Shown one piece after another: positions 26,426 to 39,960 of a DNA stretch of 64,000 bases; position 1 is the first letter of the stretch; every line of letters begins with the position of its first letter. The notes under the pieces are model-generated. The model made no database searches, had not been told where the DNA came from, and saw only the letters and a program-made list of their open reading frames with translations. Origin of the DNA: Mobula hypostoma. Lineage: Eukaryota. The position numbers were made by a program, and so were the translations under genes. The stretch spans positions 158,784,001-158,848,000 of the forward strand of contig NC_086097.1 in NCBI RefSeq assembly GCF_963921235.1, read 5' to 3'.

Positions 26426-26896
26426 CTAGATCTTTACATATTCTACTAAATGTTCCTGTGATCTTTCCTCTTCAATCCAACTTCATTCAGTACAATCTTC
26501 AACCATTCTATCCCCTCCCTGAGTTGAAACACAATTCACTACGTTGAACAATACTTTAACTCATGTTCTTATGAAATATCCATGGAAATTGCCATATTCT
26601 TTCCATCTAGACCTTGATGTCATTTGTTCAATGCTATGGTGTATTTTGCTACTCTGCAGTGTTCTGTATTCTTGATCATCACATAAACCCTTCTGTAAGA
26701 AAAGGAAAAATTCTGGCTCAAATCAAAAGAATGATTTAAATGATATACTCAATACCTCATTTTTTAAGTGTTGGGGTTGTCTAAAAATTAGGTGATCAGA
26801 TGGAAAATATGGTGCTCTTACCAGATTTCTTTTGTCTATTGATTTAGTGACAGGTTTGTATCTCTGCTACCCTTTCACAATATGCTGGCCATCATC

Positions 26897-29705
26897 GAAA
26901 CAGAGAAACATAGAAACCCTACAGCACAATACAAGCCCTTCGGCCCACAAAGCTGTGCCAAACATGTCCTTACCTTGGAAATTACCTAGGGTTACTCATA
27001 GCCCTCAATTTTCCTGAGCTCCATGTACCTATCCTGGAGTCTCTTAAAAGACGCTATTGTATCCGCCTCCACCACCGTCTCAGGCAGCCCATTCCACGCA
27101 CTCACCACTCTCTGCGTAAAGAACAAACCCCTGACATCATCTCCTCTGTACCTACATCCAAGAACCTTAAAACTGTGCCCTCTCGTGCTAGCCTTTTCAG
27201 CACTGCGAAAAACCTCTGACAATCCACATGATCAATGCCTCTGATCATCTTATACCACTCTATCAGGTCACCTTTCATCCTCCATTGCTCCAAGGAGAAA
27301 AGGCCAAGTTTACTCAACCTATTCTAATATGGCGTGCTCCCCAATCCAGGCAACATCCTTGTAAATCTCCTCTGCACCCTTTCTATGGTTTCCACATCCC
27401 TCCTATAGTGAGGCGACAAGAACTGAGCACAGTACTCCAAGTGAGGTCTGACCAGGGGGCTAAATAGCTGCAATATTACCTCTCGGCTGAAGGTCAATGC
27501 ACCGTGTGCTTTCTTAACTATAGAGTCAACCTGTGCAGCAGCTTTGAGTGTCCTATGGACTCGGACCCTAAGATCCCTCTGATCCTCCACACAGCCAAGG
27601 GTCTTACCATTAATGCTATATTCTGCCATCATATTTGACATACCAAAATGAACCACCTCACACTTATCTGGGCTGAACTCCATCTGTCACTTCTCAGTCC
27701 AGCTTTGCATCCTATCAATGCCCCACTGTAATCCCTGACAGCCCACTACACTATCCACAACACACCCAACCTTTGTGTCGTCAGCAAATTTACTAACCCA
27801 TCTCTCCAATTCCTCATCCAGGTCATTTATGAAAATCATGAAGAGTAAGGGTCCCACCACGGATCCCTGAGGCACACCACTCACTGGACACTGATCTCCA
27901 TGCAGAATATGACCCGTCTACAACCACTCTTTGCCTTCTGTGGGCAAGCCAATTCTGGATCCACAAAGCAAGGTCCCCTTGGATCTCATGCCTCCTTACT
28001 TTCTCAAAAAGCCTTGCATGGGGTAACTCATCAAATGCCTTGCTGGAATCCATATACACTACATCTACTGCTTTACCTTCATCAACGTGTTTAGTCATAT
28101 CCTAAAAAATTTCAATCAGGCTCATAAGGCACAACCTGCCTTTGACAAAGCCATGCTGACTATTCCTAATCATATTATGCCTCTCCAAATGTTCATAAAT
28201 GCTGCCTCTCAGGATCTTCTCCATCAACTTACCAACCACTGAAGAAAGACTCACTGGTCTATAATTTCCTGGGCTATCTCTACTCTCTTTCTTGAATAAG
28301 GGAACAGCATCCGCAACCCACCAGTCCTCTGGAACCTCTCCCATCTCCATTGATGATGCAAAGATCATCGCCAGAGGCTCAGCAATCTCCTCCCTCACCT
28401 CCCACATTAGCCTTGGGTACATCTCGTCTGGTCCCGGTGACATCCAATTTGATGCTTTCCAAAAGCTCTGGCACATCCTCTTCCTTAATATCTACATGCT
28501 CAAGCTTTTCAGTCCACTGTAAGTCATCCCTACAATCGCCAAGATCCTTTTCTGTAGTGAATACTGAAGCAAAGTATTCATTCAGTACCTTTGCTATCTC
28601 CTTCGGTTCCAGACACACTTTTCCACTGTCACACGCAATTGGTCCTATTCTCTCACGTCTTCCTCTTGCTCTTCACATTCTTGTAGAATTGCTTGGGTGC
28701 TTGGGGTTTTCCTGAATCCTGTCCACCAAGGCCTTCCCATGGCCTCGTCTGGCTCTCCTAATTTCATTCTTAAACTCCTTCCTGCTAGCCTTATAATCTT
28801 CTAGATCTCTATCATTACCCGGTTTTTTGAACCTTTCATAAGCTCTTATTTTCTTCTTGACTAGATTTACAACAGCCTTTGTACACCAGGGTTCCTGTAC
28901 CCTACCACCCTTCCCCTGTCTCATTGGAACGTACCTATGCAGAACTCCACGCATATATCCCCTGAACATTTGCCACATTTCTTCCATACATTTCCCTAAG
29001 AACTATTTCCAATTTATGCTTACGTTCCTGCCTGATAGCATTATATTTCCCCTTATTCCAATTAAACACTTCCCAAACTTGTCTGATCCTATCTCTCTCC
29101 AATGCTATGGTAAAGGAGATAGAATTGTGATCACTATCTCCAAAATGCTCTCCCACTGAGAGATCTGACACCTGACCAGGTTCATTTCCCAATACCAGAT
29201 CAAGTACAACCTCTCCTCTTGTAGGCTTATGTACATATCGTGTCAAGAAACCTTCTTGAACACACCTAACAAACTCCACCCCATCTAAACCCCTTGCTCT
29301 AGGGACATGCCAATCAATATTTGGGAAATTAAAATCTCCGACCACAAGAACCCTGTTATTATTACACTTTTCCAGAATCTGTCTTCCTATCTGCTCCTTG
29401 ATGTCCCTGTTACTATTGAGTGGTCTATAACAAAGACCCAGTAGAGTTATTGACCCCTTCCTGTTCCTAACTTCCACCCACAGAGACTCCATAGACAGTT
29501 CCTCCATGACTTCCTCCTTTTCTGCAGCTGTGACATTATCTCTGATCAGCAGTGCCACTCTTTTGCCTCTCTCCCTGTCCTTTCTGAAACACTGAAAGGC
29601 CTGGCACTCAAAGTAACCATTCCTGCCCCTGAACCATCCAAGTCTCTGTAATGGCCACAACATCGTAGCTCCAAGTACTGATCCATGCTCTAAGCTTATC
29701 TGCTT
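26897..29705 (-). mobile_element. CR1 LINE, about 2.8 kb (endonuclease to 3' end), frameshifted
   Basis: APE motifs (VVGDFNFPNIDW, LDLVLGN, GDSDHNSI), RT motifs (SGVPQGSVVGP, KFADDTKV) and the CR1 3' tail. Confidence 0.93.
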
Positions 29706-29877
29706 TATGAATTATGAAGTATGAATTAAATAACACAGATTATCACACAGCTCATATCTGGGAGTTTGTTATCTGCAAATTAGCCGCCATGTTTCCTCTA
29801 TAACAGTCATAACCACAAAAATCACTTCATTGGCAGAAAAATACTTTGGGATATCTTGAAGTCTTCCTTAGTTCTCT

Positions 29878-29879
29878 TT

Positions 29880-29928
<49 letters not shown>
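29878..29928. repeat. Compound microsatellite (CT)n(CA)n
   Basis: Directly visible. Confidence 0.95.
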
Positions 29929-29930
<2 letters not shown>

Positions 29931-32179
29931 TGAAGCTGATAGAATAGATGCTACGTTGTGGCTTGTTGTGATGTTCAATACAGTAGCTCAGTAACTCTGC
30001 CACTTTTATCTATGAAAGTGTTGAATTGTTTCGGTTTGCATTGTCAGTCTCACAAATCAATTCTCTCCAATTTATGTAATCAGCTTTCAGCACTGAAGTG
30101 TTTAAGGACTACCTCCAAAACACAACAGAATTTGAGCCGTGAGAAAGAAAATTATATGTAAATATAAGGAAAAGGAACTGAAAATAGCAAACTGCATTTA
30201 TAAATCTCCAATGATGTCGTGAAAGAGCAAATAATGACAAGATAGAGAACGAAGGTGTAATGAAATAAAATTTCCAATTGATTGATGGGGAAAATATCAG
30301 AATGAACTCAGAATTTTAAAAGATAGGCATTGAAGTCAAAGAAAGAAAAACTAAACTGGAGGTTGTGACAATCGCATCAGTGTTGTTACAATGGTAAAGG
30401 GAATATTGCAAAAGTCCCAAAACACTTTACAACCAACATATGTACATTTAAATTATAGTCTCTGATTATTCCAGTGATCTCTGATGATAATTTCTGCCTT
30501 AGAAATGAAGAGAGAATTGAATAAAAGGCATTAGCCTCTGTATTAGAAAGGTCTGCAATCTCTCTTAGCGTGTACAGAAGAAAACTGAGACAGTGACAAC
30601 ACTATCTTCTTCACAGTTTAGCGATGTTTGCTCTTTGCGGTGAATACGACTCTCTGCAAGTAGGAAATGTGAAATGAAGTATCACAGCAGTAAGAAATTC
30701 AATTCTTCCCTAATCTGTGTGAACCAGATTATGGATGATCATTAATTAACCCTCTGAATCAACATCAGCAAATGCAACACCTTTTTATGCCAAGTCTCAT
30801 TGGAGAGATTTGTGCTTTATTGACTAAAGAAATATATTTATTCACTGTAGACATCCCAACAGATTGATTAACTGCTAGTTTAAACAGAACTGTTTATTAC
30901 TGATTTCCAATTTCACACCAGTAAGATTACATACTAATATCAGCTGTGCACAACTCATTTATTGTCACTGTAGCTTCTGTCATTTAATTTCACTTGAGTG
31001 AAAATACAAGCTTGTAAACTAAATTGCATGATATTATCTTTGCATTTTTTTCCAGGTTGCATTTAGTTTTCCCCCCTTTAAAAGTGTAGTGACTGTTTTA
31101 ATGTTAATATAAAGTAATATCCAGATCATGCACAGCAATTTATAGGAAACAATGCAATAATGGTGATTTCGAGGAGAGGGTAGGGGCTAAATTTGGATTA
31201 AGACTTAGTGGGAAAAAAATCAATCCAAAAAGTTATTGCATCACAAGGAAGACAATCTAAGGAACCTTCACACACGTTACTGTAAGAGGTAATAATAAGA
31301 GAGTAGGAAAATAATACTAGTGCTCTAATAACCAGATGGCAGCATGCAATAATAATGATTGAAACCTCATGCCCTTTCCTCACAATTTAAACAAAGTAAA
31401 GGTTATAATTTGGAAGTAACCTTTAGGCACTAATCAGTCATCAGTTTGTTTTGATGTGTGTTGTGGTTTGATAAATGACTTAATAATAAGCAACCTATGA
31501 TTACTTCAGATAACTTGGGCAGTGTCATTCCCCTATTATTTGAGCTGGCAAAGCAGACTCAACAAATAAAACCATCAGCAAAGCAAGGCAATTAAAAATA
31601 TCTGTGGAGTTGTATGTTGTCAACCAAATCCAGTTTCCACGGGTAATTCATCATAGACAAGTTTGTCAGTTCCAACTCTACTATGTTGACATCTCTACTT
31701 GAACACTTGAATTCCCAGAACCCTGTTTTAAATTATTTCTATTTTTGTGGGAATCATCGACTAAGTAGTATGAGTCAAAAAATTGCATTTTAATTTTTAA
31801 TGCCATGTAAATTTTCAGGGAAGATTCTCTTGATTCAAAAAGGTTCTTTTATGGTAGTTGTCAAATTACATTGAAGTACTTAGTGACAGCACTATCAGTA
31901 AAATATAATGCTCTGTACACATATAAGTACATAAAGGGTACACTAGGAGTGAAGATTAAACCGTTTGTCAAGGAGGAACAGCTTAAAGAAATACAGTTGG
32001 AGAGATTTAGGGATGAAATTCCAGAACTAAAATTTTGAGTGACGTCATGGGGCGCTCCAGCCGCCTAGATTTGAAGATGTGTTCTTGGAGACAACATTTC
32101 ATGGAGCACAGAAGTACGCCCTTTCACTCACTCACTCCATGCCAACCTACAAGTACCCCTTTCTATTAATCCAATTTTA

Positions 32180-32400
32180 TTATCCACACATTGCCTTAAT
32201 ACTCACTCACAACTCAACTGCAGATTAGGGGCAATTTACAACGGCTAGTTAACCTGCCAACATGTGCATCCTTTGAATGTTGGAGGGTGGGGGGAACTGG
32301 AGCACCTGGAGGAAGTTCATGCAGTGATAGGGAGTGTTTTCAAACATCACGCCAACTGTACTGGAGATGTGAGGTAACAGCTCTATTAACCGTGCCACTG
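32180..32400 (-). mobile_element. Degenerate V-SINE
   Basis: ggggcaatttacaacggctagttaacc...ggagcacctggaggaag is the reverse of the V-SINE core. Confidence 0.55.
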
Positions 32401-32649
32401 TTAGATTATTAGATTTAGCATCTTCCTTGATATGTTACTTGTTCCTTGATTGTTTTAACATTGTTTTAAAGAAGCAATTTTCCTTCCTTTCACTTTGTAG
32501 AGTACTCTAATCTTTTTTTCCCCTATTTTCCATCTGTAAAATGTTGTGAATTGCACTTTCTGTTACCAGAGCCAGAAATCAGAAGTTAGACAGTAGTGGA
32601 GATGAACAGCGTAGAAACAGGCTTTTCCGCCCACTGGATCTATTTAGAT

Positions 32650-32729
32650 TAGGGGTTCCCAACCTGGGGTCCACAGACCCCTCACTTAATGGTATTGGTC
32701 CGTGACATAAAGAAGTTTGGAAACCCCTG
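32650..32729. mobile_element. 80-bp hAT-like MITE
   Basis: TIRs TAGGGGTTCCCAAC / GTTTGGAAACCCCTG; the 8-bp flanks (atttagat/aattagcc) match only partly. Confidence 0.55.
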
Positions 32730-32899
32730 AATTAGCCTATGCTAATTCCATTTACCTGCATTGATTCCATTCCCCTCTTTGCCCTGGTCATTCAAGTGCT
32801 TGTCTAAATGCCTCTTAAATGTTACTACTCTTGCCTCCATCACCTTCTCAGGCAGCTTAGGTGCCAACAACTCTTTGTGAGAAAAATTGATGGGCAATC

Positions 32900-34180
32900 A
32901 GAAGCAGCTTTGATTTCACCGCCATATTTCGTGAAATTTGTTGTTTTGTGGCAGCAGTACATTGAAATATATATTAATAAAAACTATAGACTACAATAAA
33001 AAATATATATAAAATATAAGTTGATTAAGTGGTGCAAAAAGAGATAGAAAAAGTACTGAGGGAGCATTCATGGGTTTATTATTGATTCAGAAATCTGATG
33101 GCGTCTTCTTTGTAATTGCATCACTATATTAGGCCGAGGAAAGATCTGCAGAGTCGTAGATAGCTAGGAACTTGAAACTGCTCACCCTTTTCACTTCTGA
33201 TCCCTTTTTGAGGACTGGTGTGTGTTCCCTCAACTTCCCCTTCCTAAAATCTACAATCAATTCCTGGTCTTACTGACATTGAGTGTAAGGTAGTTGCTGC
33301 AACAGCACTCAACTAGCTGCTCTGTCTCACTCCTGTGCACCTGCTCATCACCATCTGAACTTCTGCCTACCACATCATCATCATCATCATCATCACTGCG
33401 AATTTATTGATGGCACTTGAGCTGTGCCTAGCCACACAGTCCTGGGTGTAGAGGGAGTAGAGCAATGAACTAACCAAGTATTCTTGAGGTACGACAGTGT
33501 TGATTGTCAGCAAGGAAGCGATGTTATTTCAGACATGCACAGAATGTTGTTTTCTGGTGAAGAAGTTGAGGACCCAGTTGCAGAGAGAGGTGCAGAGGCC
33601 CAGATTGTAGAGTTTTTTGATTCGAACTGAGAGCAAGATTGTGTTGAACGCTGAGCTGTGGTCAATAAACAGCAGCCTGATGTAAGTATTGCTATATTCC
33701 AGGTGATCCAAAACCAAGAGGAGAACCAGTGAGGTTTCATTTGCTGTAGACCAATTGTGGCGATACGTCAATTGCAGTAGTTCCAGGTCATTGCTTAGGC
33801 AGGAGTTGATTCTAGCCATGTCCATCTCTCAAAGCACTTCATCACAGGGGATGTGAGTGCCACCGGGCGATAGTCATTGAGGCAGCTCACCCTGTTCTTC
33901 TTGGGCAATGGTATGATTGTTGACCTTTGAAGCAGGTGGGAACCTCCTCCTGCAGCAGCAAGAGATTGAGGATGTCCTTGAATACTCCTGTCAGTTGGTT
34001 GGCGCAGGGTTTTAGTGCCCTACCAGGTACATTAACAGGGCTTGAGGCTTTGCGAGGGTTCACCCTCTTGAAAGATGTTCTGCCGTCAGCCTCTGAGACA
34101 GAGATCACAGGATCACTGGATGCTGCAGGGATTCACGTAGATGTAGTTTTAGTTTTCCTTTCAAAGCATGCATAAAATGC
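32900..34180 (-). mobile_element. Rex1/Babar-type LINE fragment
   Basis: [43 protein letters not shown] and IRLLFIDHSSAFNTI; contains (CAT)n at about 33373-33394. Confidence 0.8.
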
Positions 34181-34541
34181 ATTGAGTTTAATACATTGTT
34201 CTAATACAGCTACCTACTCAAGTCATGTCAAGTCTTCTGTGGAAACTACTTGTAATTCTTTAGAAAATTTATGCATTTTCCACTTATTTATGTTACTTAG
34301 AAGTAGATCACTGGTAAATTGTATAGAAGTAGGGCCGGTATGATTTGCAATGGGCTCACAGAAGGGAGCTTAAAAGAGCAGACTCCAGTGGAGAATAAGA
34401 AAAGAATCGCTGTGCTGGAAAAAGAAATGTTACAAAATGTAACGAAAAGCAAATATAATATTAATAGTTGAGGAAAGATGAACTAAGACCAACAGTCTGT
34501 TTTGGTGCTGCATATTCTGTGTAATTCTTGTAATCAATTAT

Positions 34542-35750
34542 AAGTTTCAAAGGTTTAAAGGTTCATTTTATTGTCAAAGTACACATGTACAATATAAGTC
34601 TGATATTCGTCTTCTCCAGATACAGTAGCTATAAAATACAGAAATTTCATGAGAGTTCCCCCACCCCATGAAAAAGAAAAACAAACAAAACTTACAAACC
34701 TCGAAACACCCCCTGTCAGTCACAGAGGGAAAAAAAGCACTGTCAATAACGCTAAATCCCCAACCCCTCCTCTTCAGAACAAAACAGCGACAATAGCATC
34801 AAATCCCCAACCCCCTCCTCCTCAGAAAAAAACAGAGACAATAGTATCAAATCCCCAACCCCTCACTCGCAGAAAAGAACAGCAACAATAGCATCAAGAC
34901 TCCCAATCCCCTCTCTCACACACAAAATAGTGTTCGCTCACACAGAACAAAACCCCCGATCCCCTCTCTCACACACAAAAAATAATGTTCACTCACACAG
35001 AACAAAAACCTGATCCCCTCTCTCACACACAAAAAATAATGTTCACTCACACAGAACACCAACAAAAACACCAGTCCCCAAATCCTCAATCCCTCTTTCT
35101 CATAAAACTAACATATCACCCACCCACCAATTAGCCACAAGAAAGAAAAACATTGAAAAACTAAAGGAAACCAATCCAAATAATAACATAGATCTCAGAA
35201 TATCAAAAAGTCTCCCTGAGAGCATTCAAGGAGAGTGGCTGCACAAATTCAGTCCTTCTATGAAGAGCAACTGGCATGCTGGGTCTGGACGACGCCGACC
35301 AGGCTACTGACCATTGCCACCTCGGTGGTCTCTGTTGAGAGCGACCGGTGACCTCCTCCATATTCACCTCCATGCTTCAATCTTCCTCAATGCTTCGAAA
35401 TGGAGTCGTTCATGACCCCGCACCCCGTCTCTAGTCTTTTCCACGAGTCAGCTGAGTTCTCAATCCTTTTTGGGTCCACGTCTCTGGGCTTCACCTTGAA
35501 GCAGCTCGGGTTCTCAGTTCTTTTCAGGTCCCCATCTCTGGTCTTCTCCACAAAGCAGCTGTACAGACACAGCAGAGCTTTAGATCATTCGATCGAATTC
35601 CAAACAGCATGTCACAGGCTCCAACAGTTTCCATAACACAATCAACACAAAAGGAACAAGCAGGAGACGTGGAGAAAGTGAAATAGTTGAAGAGATTGGC
35701 TATCTAGAAGATGTCATCCGAGGAATCATTGTTCCCTGGCGCCATCTTGG
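34542..35750 (-). mobile_element. Non-coding SINE-like element with Rex1-like tail and internal tandem repeats
   Basis: Left end aaaggttcattttattgtcaaagtac; right end ggcgccatcttgg. About 58-bp repeats (cccctctctcacacacaaaa...acagaac) at 34903-35060. Similar to 62300-63368. Confidence 0.55.
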
Positions 35751-37942
35751 CCGGATCTTTATCTTTTCTGCAGGAGGCAGCCAGTGAACTGATCATACAC
35801 AGAGCACGCTTTCAGAGTTGCCTGTTAATAAAATGAGAAGTATTTGCTGGGGCAAAGAAAAATTAACAGTCTTGCTGTTGAAAATGAGAGTACCACATAA
35901 GCGAAAATTGCTTTGGTATGGTGCAGTTGTAATCAATAGCTGTTAGCAAGATTTAAGTAGGTGTGATGAAATGCTGCCTTAAAGTACCCACAGAATAAAT
36001 GGCATTCCCGCCTAAAAAGGGGAGAACTCTTGAAATGTGTTTATTGCTGTCAACAAATTTTAATAAGGTTGTTCCTTGTTGACAGCAAGTGCAATAAAGA
36101 AATGGGATTATAGAGGCAGAAGCTTTTGAAAATTCTCTTATGCTAAATTACTGACTGGCTGGCAAACGAGCTGCTCTTTGTTTGTGCTCAGATCCATAAG
36201 GTTTTGTCTGTGCATGCTTGCCTGCGTAATTTTTTCAGATGGCTTATCAGTGGGCTAATGAACAGATCTGGAGCAGAAAAGAATTCTCTTCATTACTTCT
36301 GTCCTTGTGCAGCACTAAATATATAAATGTATTGGTCTCATGTTGGAGGTTATTCACTGCTCAGTTCTTCACTTAACAGACTGTTCTCCAGCCACAAACT
36401 GGTAGGCTCTTTCCCTGAAGGAGGGAAGGACCGAATGAATCATTTAGCTATCTGCATTTTACAAATTACGAAATCAAAACTTTTGTTTTAGGAAAAAATA
36501 CCTGGTTGACTGCATCTGGAGCATTTGGTCCTAGACACCTTATACAGGAAGGACTTGGAGGTTTTGGGAAGTGTACAGAAGAGGTCTACCAAGGTGCTGC
36601 CTGGAATAGAGGGAAAGTTAGACACTGGAAAAGTTAGAAAAGTATGAATTCTATGTTGTGAGTTCAGGCACAGAGGTTGTCATATATGAAATGTCTACCT
36701 GAGGGTTGACCCCAGAATAAAACTGAAAAACTATGCACCAGCCATGAAAAATATGTTATCTATTTCTCCTTCCTTGACTTGGTACTTTGCATTTCTTTAG
36801 GTTGCTTTTACTTCTGCATTTCCTGGCTCTGATCTCAAGGCACAAATTGCTCTCTCTTCAGTCTATGCTCCTGCTTTTTTTTTCCCCACCTTCATGTTTC
36901 TTGTCAATTCACTCAGTCACTTGGATACATCCAAGCTTGGAGGGATCTTAGTGTATATTTTTCCTTTCTCCTGAGTATTATATCTTGCTTGATAAGCAAA
37001 ATGTCACAAAGGCCAGAACATATGTGCACACTCAATAAATGCTGGGTTTAATCACCAGGTTAGACAACAACTGGAAATAAAAACATGGTTAATGGATCAG
37101 ATATTGCCTGTAGAGGGATGCTTGAGCTATGACAAAGAGTCTTGGGCAGGGTACTCATTCCCATGTTACACATCCTGTGTAGTTTTAACAATGTCATTTT
37201 TAATGTTCTTTTTAATAGTGGCAGCATGTTTGATGGGTTTGTTTTTCTGACAGACAGAAAATGCATTGCAAAAAGGACCTAGATACAGAAATAGGTAGCG
37301 AAACTGCTGTTTTCTTAGTGGAAGCATGGCAGCAATGAGGATAGATTCCAGGAAGGTGTGGAATTGGGGTTATTATGTTTTGTAACCTCAAAATATTAAA
37401 GTAATTCAAAGGAAAACACGGAAGTCTGAAATGCAGGTCTAACTTTGTGTTTACTTTAAATGAGACATGAACATATCACGTGCTACCATGATGACATTTG
37501 CAATTCATATATTTTTACATATAACCTGTAGTGAATTGCTTAAACAAACAAGAATGCTTAATCAACAACATATTTACACGATTACTCAAATATTACCTGA
37601 GATGTCAAATACACAACACTTCGCCTTGCTTTGCAACAAGCTCCCCTCAATTGTGAATGCATCTCAACTATATACGAGTATATTATATAATACAGCAATT
37701 ATATACAGATATCCACAGCGTAGTAAATTTTAAATTGTACCATTCAGACCTAAAGGTTTAATTCCTGTGGAGGATTTCTTCACTCTTGTGGGATAAAGTC
37801 ATTCCTGACAAGGGCAGTCACTCTGAGTTCCAGGTAAAACTCAAGGTTGTGAAAGCAGTCTCAGATTCTAGGGCCTCCTCTGCTGTGGTTGTACGAGTTG
37901 ACTCTGAGACTGCAGGAAGTGGTTCTGACAGTGGTAGCCAAT

Positions 37943-38479
37943 TTTCTCCTTCCTTTTTCTTCCAGTTTGTGCATTTTTATCTTGGGGAGGTGCATTTAGT
38001 TCGCTGGAGTATTCTCTTATTAATCCTTTATTGCTTCCTTTATGATCTGATCTTTCCTCGTGGTGTCTGCATCCAAAATATCATCCGATGAATCAACTGT
38101 TTTCATATATCCATTGACCCCTTTCTTTTTGGATTTCCATTAATGCAGCCGGGCTTTGGTCTTTGCATCTACTTTTACAAACAGCTTTTAGTCTTGTATT
38201 TAATGTACACAGAGTAGATTCTAGTTCTTTATACTCACAAAGGTTGAATGCTTGTAAATTTCCTAAAGCTCTTTGAACTCTCTTCCAGCTTAATTCAAAG
38301 CCACGTTTCGCAAGTAACTGCCCGATTAAACTATTAGAAGCTCTTGCAGATATGTTGCCTACAAAAACTGTTGCAGTTGAACCAGCACTTTTATCACTTT
38401 CATGCTTCCTCTGAGCAGCATGGTCTTTCCTTGGTCCAATATGCTTTCCAACCACAGGCACAGAGGTTGGCACCAATGC
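37943..38479 (-). pseudogene. RBM25: Processed (intron-less) RBM25 fragment: RRM and downstream helical region
   Basis: ALVPTSVPVVGKHIGPRKDH..TATVFVGNISARASNSLIGQLLAKRGFELSWKRVQRALGNLQAFNLCEYKELESTL. After a frameshift: KLFVKVDAKTKARLH*WKSKKK..RKDQIIKEAI..LIREYSSELNAPPQ. Matches recalled RBM25 (VLVPTVSMVGKHLGARKDH..TTVFVGNISEKASDMLIRQLLAKCGLVLSWKRVQGASGKLQAFGFCEYKEPESTL..LIREYSSELNAP). Confidence 0.9.
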
Positions 38480-39960
38480 CTGTTTGTCCTCTGTTGAGCA
38501 ACAGTTCATGGTGTTCTGCATAGAGACAGTTGTGGCGTCATCCAGCACCTTTCTAAATTCACTTTTTCAGTTGGTTTCATTGCAGGGGATGTGGCATGCA
38601 AATGGTGGATGGATCTCTAATCAAGTTCTAGTTGTCTCAGCCAACCATGTCCCCCACAATGCTGGTCCTTTTGATTAACACATGCAAGATCAATGTGGCT
38701 TGCTGATTGTTGTATTTCAGTGTCACAAATGTCATTCCCTTAGGAGTTATCTTTTCTCCTGTATAAGTTCTTAGTTGAATATCTGCAGGCTTCAGTTTGT
38801 TATCTTTGAAATACCTCTCAAACTCATTTTGTGGAATAGCTGAAACTGCCATGCCTGTGTCCAACTTAATTTTAATTAATTTGCTATTTGCTTCTGATGT
38901 AAGCCATGTTGCTCAACTGTTGCTAATTTTCACACGGTAAATCTCCAGGTTACACAGTCCTGTGTCACTCTCATCATTACTAGATTTTTCATAAACAGCA
39001 TGCAGATCAGTGCTCTCTTTACAACTGTAACTTGACTTTTTAGCTTTTTCTCTTTTCAGAGCAGTCCATTTACTTTGTCTGTCTGATATACGCTTTGTAG
39101 GTATCCTACATTGATACATTTTCGACATGTTTTGCCTTTAAACCTGTATTGGCCTGTTTGTGAGCCTGTACCACAATGGTAACACAATTTGTTCAGCCAG
39201 GCAAGCCTCTGTCTAGATGCTGCATTTGCGTTCACACTCACTTTCATTCCAGATTGCAATTGCATTTCTGCCTGTGGTTTCGATTGAAATAGCTATTTCA
39301 ATTGTTCTTTTAAATGTCTGCTGGCTTCAGTTGAATGCTTTCTTGTAAGAATCCACAAACTAAGTGATCTCTCAGTACAACATTAAGCCCATTACCAAAT
39401 TGACAATGCTGAGACAATCTCTTCAATTCAGCCATGGACTCCCCTTCTTTTTGATTCTGCTTATGAAACCTAAAGTATTCTGCAATCAACAGTGGCTTCC
39501 ATTCTAAATGTTCCTGCATCACTTTCTCAATATCAGCAAAGCTCATTTTGGAGGTTTGCTTAGAAGCAAACTATACACCTTTAATCCTTATTTGCTCAGC
39601 AAAATTAGTACTCATTTCTCATTGGCTATTTCATTTGATTCAAAAATATTGTTCAATTTGCTTAGTATATGAAGTCCATGTACCTGTTGTGTAATCAAAT
39701 GTATCTATCTTCCCAATGCAGCCAGCCATTTTTGCTTTTATTTATGATTATTATCACCCAGTAATCACTGTTTATGAACCCATAAATTCTTCCATTCACT
39801 TACTTTTTTAATAAAAACTTAATCATGTCTTCTGAAGAACTCGTGCTGGCTGCTTTTATTTTTAACTTGACCGTCTCTGCACGTGCTGGGCTGTGTCTTT
39901 ACTCGGTGCGTTTTTTTAGTTCGAACATCTCACAGCTCAGTAGCCATCTCAGGTTCATTA

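Noticed and set aside
34740..35060. Regularly spaced repeats resembling a CRISPR-like array
   Set aside because: Eukaryotic context; the units are degenerate tandem duplications without unique spacers, inside a repeat element.
38093..38548. Functional RBM25 gene or nested host gene
   Set aside because: It is an internal fragment only, with substitutions in the RRM, a frameshift and stop codons, and it lies inside an LTR element.
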